From positions 132,278,051 through 132,331,994 of the forward strand of contig NC_068983.1 of assembly GCF_001194135.2 (NCBI RefSeq): a stretch of DNA of 53,944 nt, read 5' to 3'. Below, piece after piece: positions 1 through 12,291 of this stretch. Position numbers and translations under genes: made by a program. The notes below the pieces were generated by a model. That model searched no databases and was not told the DNA's origin. It was given only the letters and a program-made list of their open reading frames with translations. The DNA is from Octopus bimaculoides (taxonomy: Eukaryota). How positions within the stretch are numbered: position 1 is the first letter of the stretch; every line of letters starts with the position of its first letter.

Positions 1-355
1 TTGTTAGGGTTCATTGATTTATCGAGGTCTATATTTACATTATTTTTCTTCCATATTTTATATGTATGCGTTGTTGCGTTTTCGTTTTTTGGGTAGAGCA
101 CTGCTGTGAAATAGGCGTATAGTATCGAGATGTATTCCTCACGTGTCCATTTATGCCGTTTTGGTTTTGTTTGCGGGACATGAGGAACAACGTCCGGTCC
201 TTTATTTTGACGGTCATCGTTTTCGTAGTGTACCGGTTCATTTATTTCTGTTGTCAGATTGTTTTGCACGTTCAGATCTTCGTATTTTTTTCGTAACAAG
301 CTTACAGTACGCACTTCTCTGTTGTTATCTTTGGGTGTAAAATAATACCGGTGTT
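1..355 (-). mobile_element. R4/Dong-type (RLE) non-LTR retrotransposon, N-terminal ORF fragment running off the window edge
   Basis: Manual minus-strand translation, stop-free from ~353 to 1: ...KPKRHKWTREEYISILYAYFTAVLYPKNENATTHTYKIWKKNN...MNPN. Resembles the Myb-like KWTxEE..Y..W N-terminus of R4/Dong ORFs. Not in the ORF track (no ATG). Confidence 0.7.
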
Positions 356-534
356 ATTTAATCTGTTTGTAATTTTTTTGTACATGGTGTTTTTGGGTTC
401 GAAGATAGTTTGGTTTTGATGTAACACGTGTGTTTACGATCGCTGTGCGGGTAGTGGAGGTATCATGTTAAAATACATCATTATATTTGGAAAAATAGAA
501 ATAAATTTCAATGAGTATTACTTACTCGGATATA

Positions 535-610
535 TAAACTTCCCCGGTGTCTTCTTAAACTTCCCCGGTGTCTTCTTAAACTTCTCCGGTGTCTTCTTAA
601 ACTTCCCTGG

Positions 611-613
<3 letters not shown>
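535..613. repeat. 21-bp tandem repeat (TAAACTTCCCCGGTGTCTTCT), ~3.7 copies
   Basis: Units start at 535, 556, 577 and 598, with 1-2 substitutions in the later copies. Confidence 0.95.

Positions 614-675
<62 letters not shown>
613..675. repeat. (ATT)n microsatellite
   Basis: Perfect trinucleotide run. Confidence 0.98.
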
Positions 676-676
<1 letters not shown>

Positions 677-1384
677 AGGTTGGAAAAAGAAACATGTGTG
701 TATGTGTTTGTATATAAAATTATATATCACGAGAGAATACTATGATGAAATTTATTTAACCATTAGAAAATTCATATATCACAATGAATTGTTTCGTAAA
801 TTAAAGCATTCAAAGGTAGGATAGATTATCTTACCTAATGAAATTTAAAGGTCTATTTACACTAATGCAGATATATAAGTAACTTACTCATTATTAAAAA
901 TAATAAAATACTTTATCTTTGCATTCTCGAAGTTACTAAACAATTTGTTTTGATATATGAGTTTTCCAATGGTTAAATAATTTTCATCGTACTATTTATA
1001 ATTCTCTTGTCATTTATGACTTTTGACAGTCCGTTTGGTTTTCACTTGTATCATACTTTCTGTATACTATACGTCTTCTAGAATGATACATTAAGGGGAT
1101 TTTTTAATGAGTACTGCCATATTAGTTGAATTCATATATTGTGACTTAAATTTATGTTTGTATATATAACCAAATGATCATTATAAGAATTAATTCATTA
1201 AAAAGGGTGGGAAACACATGCGCCATTGAAACCGGGAAACCGGGCCCATGACCCTGGCTTGGCTTTAAAAGGGCGCATTTATTCTTATTTATTAATTGAC
1301 ACAAAGCAAATACACGTATTGACGTTTTCGTTATTCTACATACTTAAGTAAAATTTAAATTAAATAAAATTAAATAAAAATAAG

Positions 1385-1565
1385 CATTTCATCGATTGAC
1401 AACCAATGCTGGTGTGTTTATGTCCCCGTAAATTAGCTGTTCGGCAAAAGCGACCGATAGAATAAGTACTAGGCTTACAAAGAATAAGTCCTGAGATCGA
1501 TTTGCTCGACTAAAAGACAGTGCTCCAGCATGGCCGCAGTCAAATAACTGAAAAGAATTAAAGAA
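1385..1565 (+). mobile_element. SINE central and 3' part (octopus-type) with CR1-like tail
   Basis: GACAACC..TGGTGTGTTTATGTCCCCGTAA..GACCGATAGAATAAGTACTAGG..GACTAAA..GTGCTCCAGCATGGCCGCAGTCAAATAACTGAAA then an AAAGAAT tail. The same tail recurs at 37894 and 49847. Confidence 0.8.
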
Positions 1566-1574
1566 TAAATATTA

Positions 1575-2300
1575 TTTTTTAGTGGCTTTGACAGAGGCTA
1601 GGACCAAGCTGGAGTACTGCTTCTCAGTGTTCTTGGCTTTCTCTATCTATCTCGCTGTACTATTTCTCTACTACTATTCGGGCCGCCTACCACGATATGG
1701 GTTCAATTGATATTTCAACTGGTATTTCAGATAAAAATTTGTCCAGAATTTCTTTGAAGACCATCACATCTTCATTTTGCAAATCTCTGAGGTTTTTTTG
1801 AAAAATGCGGAACAGTTCAAACCAAAGTTGTTGCAGTAGTAGTTCATTATTCGGGATGGAAAAGATGGAACCTTTGGTACTGAAACATTACCATCCAGCT
1901 CGTTGGTGACAGCTTTTAATTCCAAAGCTGCGAGCTAAAACGTCAAGTATCATCTATGTATATATCACTGGGTAACGTTCTCCCAAAGGAGTAGGTTTCT
2001 TGTTCCTTTAGCTTCTCTCAGTAGCTCATCTATTTAACCGAGTGAAATATATTTGTGTAATGGCGATGGATTTCTTCGGGTTCCGCGACCACTTTGACGC
2101 TGTGTGGTGATTATAGTTGGGAGTAACAATCCAGACAATTGAGAAAGAAAAGTCTGCATGGGAGTAAAATAGCATTGTATTTTTTGGTTTTGAATGATCT
2201 CAGAATCCAACGACCTAGTTGTCTGTCAGTGTTGTCATCTCGGTAATGTTGGAATGTTGCATCATTACTCATGGAAAATCTCATATCAAGCACCGACAGA
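1575..2300 (-). mobile_element. Degraded CR1-type LINE, ORF2 C-terminus and 3' tail
   Basis: Minus-strand pieces MSNDATFQH..LGRWILRSFKT, CYSQL*SPHSVK..HRHYT, YYCNNFG and LRDLQNEDVMVFKEILDKFLSEIP parallel the CR1 at 30617-30844 (YCNSLG..LRDLHAVDVGVFKTRLDLFLSGVP). Degenerate tail GCAGTACTCCAGCTTGGTCC at ~1595-1620. Confidence 0.8.
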
Positions 2301-2452
2301 AGCTACGAAATTGCACTACTCCCTGGTCGTGCGTCTTCTGGTGGTGTTCTGTTCATATATATATAAAAATTTCAAATTAGATATTAAATTTGTACTTAGA
2401 AAGTATTATCAGCAAAGAGTATTATCATGTTTTTTCTAAATATAAATATAAG

Positions 2453-2499
<47 letters not shown>

Positions 2500-2610
2500 T
2501 TACACATAATTAATGGATCAGCAACAGTTGCTTCACCACATACGGAAATTTAGAAGTAGTAGTTAAAATGCTTATTCTTCTACTACAATAATTCTCCATC
2601 AGATAGCAAT
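2500..2610 (+). repeat. Diverged copy of the repeat segment at 21679-21773 (hammerhead-associated element)
   Basis: CATAATTAATGGATCAGCAAC..TTGCTTCACCACATACGGAAATTTAGAAGTAG..CTCCATCAGATAGCA aligns by eye with CATAATTAAGGGATCAGCAAGCATTTGCTTTACCACATACCGAAGTTCAGAAATAG..CTCCAACAGATAGCA. Confidence 0.8.
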
Positions 2611-2948
2611 ACATATAACTCACAAAGGCAAAACAAGAGGAAGAAATAACGAAATTAACCAGTTTTAGTTAAACATAGACGCGTTTCTGGATCTGAATAG
2701 TAAAAAAAATTCTTTTTCGTCATGAGTATTATATTCTAGATTATAAATTTGATAATGCTAGCAAAAACCATGTATACTCGACCAGGCGACATCATGCACC
2801 ACATGACAAAAATACATATACATATAAACAAACAGATGTATATACATATACATACATATATGTGTGTGTGTGTGTATGTGAATACATGTACTTATACGTA
2901 TTGTATGCATATGCATACCCCCCACATATATATATATATATGTACATA

Positions 2949-2988
<40 letters not shown>

Positions 2989-3661
2989 NNNNNNNNNNNN
3001 NNNNNNNNNNNNNNNNNNNNNNNNNNNNNNNNNNNNNNNNNNNNNNNNNNNNNNNNNNNNNNNNNNNNNNNNNNNNNNNNNNNNNNNNNNNNNNNNNNNN
3101 NNNNNNNNNNNNNNNNNNNNNNNNNNNNNNNNNNNNNNNNNNNNNNNNNNNNNNNNNNNNNNNNNNNNNNNNNNNNNNNNNNNNNNNNNNNNNNNNNNNN
3201 NNNNNNNNNNNNNNNNNNNNNNNNNNNNNNNNNNNNNNNNNNNNNNNNNNNNNNNNNNNNNNNNNNNNNNNNNNNNNNNNNNNNNNNNNNNNNNNNNNNN
3301 NNNNNNNNNNNNNNNNNNNNNNNNNNNNNNNNNNNNNNNNNNNNNNNNNNNNNNNNNNNNNNNNNNNNNNNNNNNNNNNNNNNNNNNNNNNNNNNNNNNN
3401 NNNNNNNNNNNNNNNNNNNNNNNNNNNNNNNNNNNNNNNNNNNNNNNNNNNNNNNNNNNNNNNNNNNNNNNNNNNNNNNNNNNNNNNNNNNNNNNNNNNN
3501 NNNNNNNNNNNNNNNNNNNNNNNNNNNNNNNNNNNNNNNNNNNNNNNNNNNNNNNNNNNNNNNNNNNNNNNNNNNNNNNNNNNNNNNNNNNNNNNNNNNN
3601 NNNNNNNNNNNNNNNNNNNNNNNNNNNNNNNNNNNNNNNNNNNNNNNNNNNNNNNNNNNNN
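2989..3661. other. Assembly gap (N). Other gaps at approx. 6320-6419, 7884-8105, 15024-15200, 16426-16720, 17340-17658, 19854-20536, 21275-21443, 28732-29485, 30222-30616, 34669-35351, 41392-41528, 42187-42270, 43137-43449
   Basis: Runs of N, mostly flanked by microsatellites, typical of a short-read scaffold. Confidence 0.99.
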
Positions 3662-3721
3662 CGTAGCGGCAGACAAAATAACGCTAAACTTGGCGCGGTA
3701 ACCATTTTGTTAGCTTGCCGT

Positions 3722-5175
3722 CTTAAATAATATTTATAATATTAATAATTTCTTTATTAATTACAAGGGTTATGGACAGCGCAGGTCAAAGCAAAGAATG
3801 TGTGTGGATGTCTGTTGTTCTGATGGTTTGCATGTAAAAAGACTAACAAATTTTTTTTAAACAATCATCAATGTGTAATACTCAATAGCGAGATGTTCGA
3901 GAGCTGCTCATTGAAAAACCCATAAAAAGCCTGATTTTTAGGGCAGGTGCCTTTTTTCCTTTCCTTTTTCCCAAATACAAGCGTATTCTCAGAGCAGGCC
4001 TGTTCACTTGTATCATTCTCGCAACTTTCATCCACCTTTCAACAAACTGTCTAGAAGACAACACTTCCTCTGTCCTTATTCTCCATTTCAAGTTCATCAG
4101 GGATTTGCCAAACAAAAAAGTGTTAATGTTCAGCCCCTTCAATCTCATCTACCGTACAACCTCTTTCTCCATGACCATCAGGCATATAAAAACAGCCTTT
4201 CTTTCCCGGTTAAAGGAATGCAGCGGGGCGATCTTCACGATGGATTCAGTTGACAGCCGGATCCATCGCACACGCGACGGCAGATGTTCGACGTAAACCC
4301 ACAAGTCAGCAGTGCTCGTGCACTGGACCGTCTCGTCGTGCTGAGCGCTTCTCGGACATGTTCGGCTGACGGCGTTTCTGTGTCTATAAATCTCGAACAT
4401 GCACGGCTCTCCGGTAGCACTGCCAGGCCAGAAATGTTTTTGGTAATTATCCATCGTCTCGGCCTGAAATTTCTCCAGCAAGGAACGACTAGCTGACAGC
4501 AGAAAGATGGCTTGACCACCAGGACGTGTCCCTTCCACAAGAAGCGGAAGAGAATACGCACCAGCGTAATCAAACAGTGGCGATAGTAGATGATGGCCAA
4601 GCGATAGTAGATAACGGACGCGAAATACGTGGTAGCAACCTCTTCCCGACCATTCATGGATTACTTTCTCACGATCCATTTGTGGGTGACAGTAGTCACC
4701 CTGTATGTTTCCTCGTCCCAGTTTTTATCTATCTGGAGCTCCGGACCAAACCAGGCCCCGATCAATTTGACCGGTCCGTCGGCCCAGTGCTCAACGACGC
4801 AGTTGGAAGGCATGGCCTTGCTTTTCCAGGTGCCGGGCCGTAAGCCCACTTATTTTTCCTGCTTAATTGCCGCGCCCTAAAAGGCCTTGTAGTCCCTGAG
4901 ACTGGTTCCGATCATTTTTATGTGTTTATGATCCGACACCACTACGGTAACGTGGTCGGCATATGACGACAGGCATCTCCCCCTTCCTAGGTCCCGCGCG
5001 ATGCCTCTCAAAACCTACACATTGTGTAGTAGTGGTTCGAGAATCACTACGTACAAGAGAGACGTGAGGAGGCAACCATGCCGGATCGAGCGCATGATGT
5101 TGAACGGCTCTGAGAGGTGACCGTTCACTCAGAACACTGAATAGATGTCGCTGTGCATTGCAGCAATCCAACCCC
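3722..5175 (-). mobile_element. 5'-truncated L1/Tx1-type LINE: RT C-terminal half, thumb, zinc-finger-like region, 3' UTR
   Basis: Frameshifted minus-strand pieces: EPFNIMRSIRHGCLL (RSVRQGCPL-like), VKLIGAWFGPELQIDKNW (RT thumb), YFASVIYYRL, SRTCPR..DETV..C..ADLWVYVE (zf-RVT-like), EVLSSRQFVERW. An AATAAA lies on the minus strand at ~3753-3758. Confidence 0.8.
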
Positions 5176-5189
5176 TGAATACAGGGGTA

Positions 5190-6286
5190 ACGGATTCACA
5201 GAGAAGATCACAGAAGCGAAAGAAGATAATATGAGAGAACTCAGCAAGACTGAGTTTACTGACACCAAAGATATCAGACTACATAGAAAACAACATAATC
5301 ATGATATGTAATGTTTCTCTGAAGCTGATCTTAAGAAATAAGGGAAATGACCTAACAACCTCAAATAACCTCATCTATTTCACTACTAAAGTTGTAACTA
5401 CCCAAGTATGTATCAGTACGACACGGAAAAGGACCAACCATGTCAACAGACCTCCTAAATGGAAAGTAGCAATAGAAAAAGAGATCGAATCTCAGCGGTG
5501 GGGATGCATCAGTTCTCGTTGAACTTGCAAGAGAAGTGAATGTTAAGACAAATGAAGCTAGAAGAATCGAGCAAAAATATAAAATATAAGATTTTAGAAA
5601 CTTCCCTGCAAGTAAGTGCCTAGTTAAGCAACGAATACAACTGAAAGCCCAACGGCTTAGAAGGTATAAGAAAAGATTAGAATTTTATCGACAAAACAAG
5701 ATATTCAAGACGGATGCACAAAAACTTTATAGAGAAATGGGCAAAAGTAAGATAGAAGTAAACGAGTCATCTAAGACTGAGGAAATGGAAGAGTTCTGGA
5801 AGAAGATATGAGCAACAAAAAAGAATATAATGCTAAAGCTGACTGGATAAAGCGTGAGAAAGTGATACTGGATGATGCTGAAGAGCAGAAAGGGGAGGCG
5901 ACAGGAATAGAAGAGCTACGATGTGCTCTTAGAAAGTCTCACAAATGGAAAACCCAAGATTGGACGAACATTTTAGTCAAACAATTAAGCCAAAAGTTGG
6001 GAATTCGGTCTAGTCTTGGGTTTTCCATTTGTGAGACTTTCTAAGAACACAGCTCTTCTATTCCTACCGCCTCCCATTTCTGCTCTCCAACATCATCCGA
6101 AGGTGGTAGAGGCCATATGCAGCTAGAAAACTATTACAAAATAACCACCATAAAACTACGGAAATACCTACGTAAAACACTTTTAATACAGTAAAAATAA
6201 CAGCACCGCAACAAACCACAGCACATACCCAACACACAGAGCTGCGCTCGGTAGTGCAGTGAAAGCATCTGATAAAAATAAGACAA

Positions 6287-6319
<33 letters not shown>
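5190..6319 (+). mobile_element. Internally deleted R4/Dong-type retrotransposon with intact 3' UTR and (AAT)n tail
   Basis: PPKWKVAIEKEI, LKAQRLRRYKKR..FYRQNKIFKTDAQKLYRE, EEFWKKI, ALRKSHKWK, EGGRG.MQLENYYKITT, then RKTLLIQ*. The 3' UTR (CCACAGCACATACCCAA..GCGCTCGGTAGTG..GTGAAAGCA) matches 12739-12836. Confidence 0.85.
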
Positions 6320-7329
6320 NNNNNNNNNNNNNNNNNNNNNNNNNNNNNNNNNNNNNNNNNNNNNNNNNNNNNNNNNNNNNNNNNNNNNNNNNNNNNNNNN
6401 NNNNNNNNNNNNNNNNNNNGACCGTTGAATATTCGTAAAACATTTGGATGCCGAATCGCAGTGAACATTTGATCTCTGTAACAAAATGCAATAAATTGAT
6501 CCTTTGTTGCTCAAAAAATTGCAATGCTGGCACGTTTGTAAGAACCGTACAATTCATATCTCTGTTTATCTTAATTTCCTCTATATGTACTGTGTATATC
6601 TAATCTGAATGGATAGTCATAATCTGAGAGTAAGAGAGAGAGAGATATAAATAATTAGAAAGATAGATAGATAAATAGATAGGTAGAGAGATAGACATAC
6701 ATACATGTATGTATCTGTGTATACATGCGCACACATAGACGCGCATACTCACACATATCTTTATATATAACCCACACATAAAAATTTATCTTATATATTT
6801 ATACATACATAAAACTTTCAATAACAATCTAATGACTATAGATGAATCTATTCTTTCGTCTAAAAATTTTAATTATTATGATCTTTATTCTCTCAAAAAT
6901 CCTCACCTGTAAATATCATATAGTGTGTTATTAATCCAACTAGTTATTGATTGAAATTAAAACAATCCAGTTTTAAATAGTTCAGTATTTCAATTATCTC
7001 ACAGCTTATTGGTAAGTTTCCTTAATTTGATCGTTGTTTTAACTAATTGAAAACGTTCCATCTTCAACTTATAGATTAGAAGAACGTGATAATTTTCACA
7101 ATTGTTTCATTTACAGCTGTCTAAAAAGAAAATTTGGAGATAAGCTATGAAGAATGAAGAGAAAATAAGAGGGGGGGAAAAAATCGAAACAGACTTCCTT
7201 GTTATCGCTGTAATCATTTGCAATATTTGGGAATTGGTAATTATATACGATTTGTAAAAGCGATAGCGGTGACGTTAACTGGCGCAAAGGTAACGGGGAA
7301 TGATGGTGAAGTTGATGATCATGTCGGAA

Positions 7330-7397
7330 GCCAATTGGTGACGAGTAGTAGTAATAGTAGTAATGATGATGATGATGATGATAATAACACTACTACA

Positions 7398-7452
<55 letters not shown>

Positions 7453-7561
7453 ATGCTACTACTAATAATATTGATAATGATAATCGATACTGAACATGTT
7501 CATGATTTTCATGATGTTGAAGTTGATGATAAAGATGATTGTGGTGATGATGATTATGATT

Positions 7562-7606
<45 letters not shown>

Positions 7607-8340
7607 GCGATATTGTTAGTGGTGATAGTTGTGATAGCGATGACAATGATGGCAACAACAACGATGATGAGGAAGTCGATGGCGTACACTATACGAAGTA
7701 AGAAGCTGATGACGACAAAAGTGATAATACAGAAATTAGTATTTGTAAGACAAACGCAGTCGACGCCTTCTACGATGAAGATTATGAAGGAGGCAGCTGC
7801 TTCTGTTGCTATGCGAAAAGCTTCTGCCGCTGCCTTTGTTGATTCGGTTTCAATTGATGATGATGATGATGATGATGATGATGNNNNNNNNNNNNNNNNN
7901 NNNNNNNNNNNNNNNNNNNNNNNNNNNNNNNNNNNNNNNNNNNNNNNNNNNNNNNNNNNNNNNNNNNNNNNNNNNNNNNNNNNNNNNNNNNNNNNNNNNN
8001 NNNNNNNNNNNNNNNNNNNNNNNNNNNNNNNNNNNNNNNNNNNNNNNNNNNNNNNNNNNNNNNNNNNNNNNNNNNNNNNNNNNNNNNNNNNNNNNNNNNN
8101 NNNNNGGAGGAGTACGAGGAGGAGGACGAGGAGGAGGACGAGGAGGATGAAGAGGGGGAAGTGGACGAGGAGGAGGACGAGGACGAGGAGGAGGACGAGG
8201 AGGAGGACGAGGAGGACGAGGAAGAGGACGAAGAGGAGGACGAGGATGAGGATGAGGATGAGGAGGAGGACGAGGAGGACGAAGGGGATCATGATATTGC
8301 AGATGCGCATGTTGAAGACGATGCTAAGGGTGAATGATTA
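7330..8340. repeat. Degenerate trinucleotide microsatellite field (GAT, ACT, GAG/GAC)
   Basis: Long (GAT)n, (ACT)n and (GAG/GAC)n runs with interspersed stop codons in the acidic frame. Confidence 0.9.
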
Positions 8341-8999
8341 GAATATCGGGAAAGACAATGTAATTTTGGGAACACTATTCTGGCCCAATAATGTTACTGG
8401 TAATATTAATTAGAATACCTAGCATAAAGTAAATACTTTTCTTGAAAATGATTCTGGTTGTATTATAACTGACGGTTGTATTTTTGTTTTTGCCGCTGCT
8501 ACCTGTGTAAAGTAACATAATCAAAGTTAGGATGCACCTAAATATTAAAAACAAAAAGAATCAAATACATTGATATACACATTGTTATATGAGAATTGTG
8601 AATTTATTCATCAATTGGATTTACTCGTTTAAAATTATTCTGACATACGTTATATTCCGCGATAATTCATTTAACGCAAATGCGATGCAAAAATACGCTA
8701 TCTGCATCTTAGAAAGTATGCATTAATATGCCTAATTAGAACAACAGGTGCAACCTTGTGTTGTACAGATGCATGCAGAATTGCATTCTGAATATTTAGA
8801 CTTGCGTTTCTATGTTAGTTCAATATTATTTTTTGATACTTTGGGGGGCGGGTTAATAACTGTTTCACATGTGAGCTGAGTTATAATGCAGGGAGGCATA
8901 TGAGGAGAACGTATAAGTTATGCAAGTTGTTGATGTTAAATTTTTTGTATGTTATAATTTGTTTGGAATTATGTCATTGCATTTTATTATTCCGATGGG

Positions 9000-10960
9000 G
9001 ATTGTTGTTCTGTGGGATCAAAACTAACGAGTTCTAACTTCAGAGTTAACATCTAAATGAGACATAACAAAGGAAAGAGACCACCTGTTTCGAAAAGAAT
9101 CGATAAAGAAAATCTACGTAATGTTATAAAGAAACTCACGGAGCTGGTAAAAAAAATTCTATGTTTAAAATTCAAAAGTTCTAAGCGACCTCATATATTA
9201 CGGAGTGTCTGTTACTGAGGAAAATCTGTTGGTTGAAAATCAAGGAAATCAAGAGAACAGTTCGCAGGGTGAAAATAGAACCTTGAGAATCAATTTCAGC
9301 CGATAAATGGAGATCTTAGAATGGTAAATGCAATAATTGAAAATATATTGAAGCTACGACACAGGAAGGACGTTCAATGAAGTTACAATATTAGGCACAA
9401 ATGATTTCAGATAATTTATAAAAAAGATATGAAAACAATATCAACCAAAATATTTAAATACCTATGAAAACTAAACCAAAAGCAGAAGATAGATTCTTTA
9501 GTATCGATGAAAAAAGATTCTATCAACGGCCGAATTTGAAAATGAATATTATGGAAATGATAATGCAGCAAGTCGGATCTGGTAGATATTTAGAGAAGAG
9601 AAGTAAAATATACGATGAATGTCAACTGGTTATTAAAATTCAACAACGAAAAGGAAAACAGAAATAGAACAGGAATAGATAAATATTACAGATGAGAAAG
9701 TAACAGTGATGCTTATGAAAATACTAAATTGGATAGTCCCTGGAAAAGATGTTGCTCACTATTTCTGGATCGAATAAAATCAGATACACGCTGTTATATT
9801 CCACCGTTTCTTATTGACTCTATAGAAAGTAGAACACCATGACTGACGAAACAAAAGACAATGCTGATACAAAAGATCAAAGAAACGGAGAGGAAGTCAG
9901 TAATTATATATCTATTACGTATTTCGATTACCCTGGCTTCATCGCAGATGAAATATATAACTTTCTGATAATGAGAATTTATTGCCAAAGCTGCTGATCT
10001 GATGTACATTGACAGAATGATATTAAACGGCGTACTTATAAGGACCTTTTAGGAGGAAGACTTATGACAGTGTACTACACGGCTGGATTTTGGAGTGCCT
10101 GAGATCATTCAGGATACATGAGATGTGAAACTTATTTGTTAAGAACACATATTTGGATCGTGGGATATAGAAATTACAGTTACAAAAGAATCACTCGAAA
10201 GCGTGACAATGCACATAAGAATATTCCAAGTAGAGTCGATTTCTCCGTTACATTTCATTATTGCGATAATCCATCTTACAAGCACGTCCATAAATTAAAG
10301 GGTTACCTATGAGTTTGTCAAATCCAGAGTGAAAATAACCTACCAACAATAATGGATAACGACAAACTATAAACACAATGATGAAAAAGTCTTGAATTCT
10401 CTCATCTAAGCAATGAGAGCATTTAGGAAGGATACTAGGATGCAATTTGGGGTAAATAATTACGAAATGTTACTTAAGAGGGGAGCTCAAAATTCCGATG
10501 TTATAAAAATTCCAGATGATACCATTAGATTGCTGCGAAATACTGAGCAATGTAAGGGACTGTTGATATCCAGAGAATATTGAAAACGAAGGCGAAATGA
10601 GAGAGAAAATTCCCAAAGATTGCAAGGGAAGGATTAGAAAGGTAATTGAAGGAAAATTAAATAAAGAAAAAATTATCAAAGCAATAAATACACGAGTCAT
10701 GCTAATATTAAGCCACTCTGTTCCTTTTATAAAATAGACAAATGTAGGACCAAAAAGCTGTTCAGAATGCACGATGCGCACCACACTACAGGATTTACCT
10801 ACCAAGAAAGGACTGAGACAGAGTTCTGTTAGTAATGTGATATTTGCTCTGAAAATATTTGCTGTGTCAGAAAGAAAGATCACTATTGACTGTCAGATAT
10901 ATGCAAAGGCAACCGAACATGCAGTTGAAAACAGTAGTAATTACACGGCTAATCCATGAA
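9000..10960 (+). mobile_element. Old, heavily degraded R4/Dong-type RT region
   Basis: Remnants FFSIDEKRFYQ, WILECLRSFRI, ESISPLHFIIAII (QGDSLSPL-like), MDNDKL (MDDIKL-like), IIKAINTRV, KKGLR. Many stops and frameshifts. Confidence 0.65.
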
Positions 10961-10981
10961 ACAAACTGATGATATTGCAAA

Positions 10982-12290
10982 CTAACAGGCGTATCCGGCG
11001 TTGCCCGGGTGCTTTAGTTTGAAAAGGCTTAGCAACTAATAAAGCGATTAGCCACCACCCCTTCCTTAAGCACCTTTCATGCTTTATGGCAAGACTAACA
11101 CCTAAGTAACTCTTTAAGGGAACTGCACGTGTAATATTACGACAACAATCAAGTGAAATATTAAAGCCAAAAAAAATAATAAATTATTACAGCAATAACG
11201 TAGAACTGAAATATGGTGCCAGTATGGCAAGTCTACACAACTTCCTTATAAACAGCATTTTTAGCTTTCCCCTGGGGGGATGAAGGCATGCAAACTGTTC
11301 CTACAATCCACTATTGAGCAGCCAACGTACAGTTGACCGTGTGAAAAGCATAGTTTCGGCTAAGTAAAGTCCAACGACTGCCCCTGAGACTTATTAGTGG
11401 ACATGGCGTAACTGAGTCTAATCGGAAACTGCACTCTTAGGAATGTGAACAGTAAGTCAGCAGCCGAAGGCATAAGGCACGGGGAATTCGCGGTATGAGT
11501 TCGTCTTCACCTTTACCACAAACTGTCATAATCGTTGCTTTAATGACATTGAAAATTAATTTTGTGATAACAAGGCGTGCACCGTTGCAAAACAGGGCTA
11601 CCTACTTTAAGAGAAAGAATATGTAGAGGTACACCTGAAGGCGCCAAGGAGTTCAAAAATTCAGTGGTATAATCAACTACCTCATCCTGATTGGGAATGG
11701 TGTCTACTGACGTTTAGACTGTCGCATCCCCAAGCAAACGCAGTAAGAGGCTGTTGTTGATTGCACTGACCGCAACGTTTTTAGGATCCAAAATAGCTCT
11801 TTGGCAAAGCCAAATCTAGATCTCCGTTGTGGAATTCTAGGTCTGGGAAGTCCTGGTCCAGAATACTCTGGATAATACTGGCTATTGTGCAAATGTTACT
11901 TATGTCAACATCTTCATTTCCGTCTTCTGGAATTTCGCCATTACCAAGAACGTGAACGTCCATCGCAAAATCTTCTGACAATGGGTCCTCATAGAGGCGC
12001 GCTCTCATGTTGGATTCTAACTTTGAAGTATCAACATAACCCCATAGAAATGAAGCCTTAAGACACGCCATTGCTTCATCCGCCCTTGTGCATTTCGGAA
12101 TCACTGGCAAGGTTTGTCTAAAGTCCCCAGATATCAAGACAGCGTCTTTGAAATATTGCAAACAGGCGTTGGTGAACATGCGAGGTTGAGGGGACGCTTA
12201 AACAAAGAGTGTGCAGTTTTGCCACCAGGCAGTAGAGTAGCAGCTCTTCCCGAAGTTGCCACAGCTATTGGATGCACTTTTGTAGCCTTA
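10982..12290 (-). mobile_element. Helitron 3' fragment: PIF1-type helicase C-terminal half and 3' terminal hairpin
   Basis: AVATSGRAATLLPGGKTAHSLFK, ISGDFRQTLPVIP (ORF 11781-12179), CNGARLVI..IPRIP, QFPIRLSYAMSTNKSQGQSL..CFSHGQLYVGCS. On the minus strand the terminus reads CCGG-GCAACG-CCGG hairpin (10995-11008), then ...TTAG|T (CTAG-like). Confidence 0.9.
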
Positions 12291-12291
12291 C

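Noticed and set aside
535-613. CRISPR-like array (also 22100-22153)
   Set aside because: Head-to-tail tandem repeats with no spacers, in a eukaryotic context with no cas genes.
2749-3705. Long ORFs of 270-440 aa spanning N-gaps (also near 16.1-17.7, 19.8-20.6, 28.6-29.5, 34.6-35.5, 43.0-43.6 kb)
   Set aside because: They consist of X runs plus YI/CV/HT dipeptides from microsatellites and are not genes.
7330-8340. Apparent Asp/Glu-rich protein
   Set aside because: Degenerate GAT/GAG microsatellite with in-frame stops (e.g. 7699-7701 and ~7830-7860) and no splice or domain evidence.
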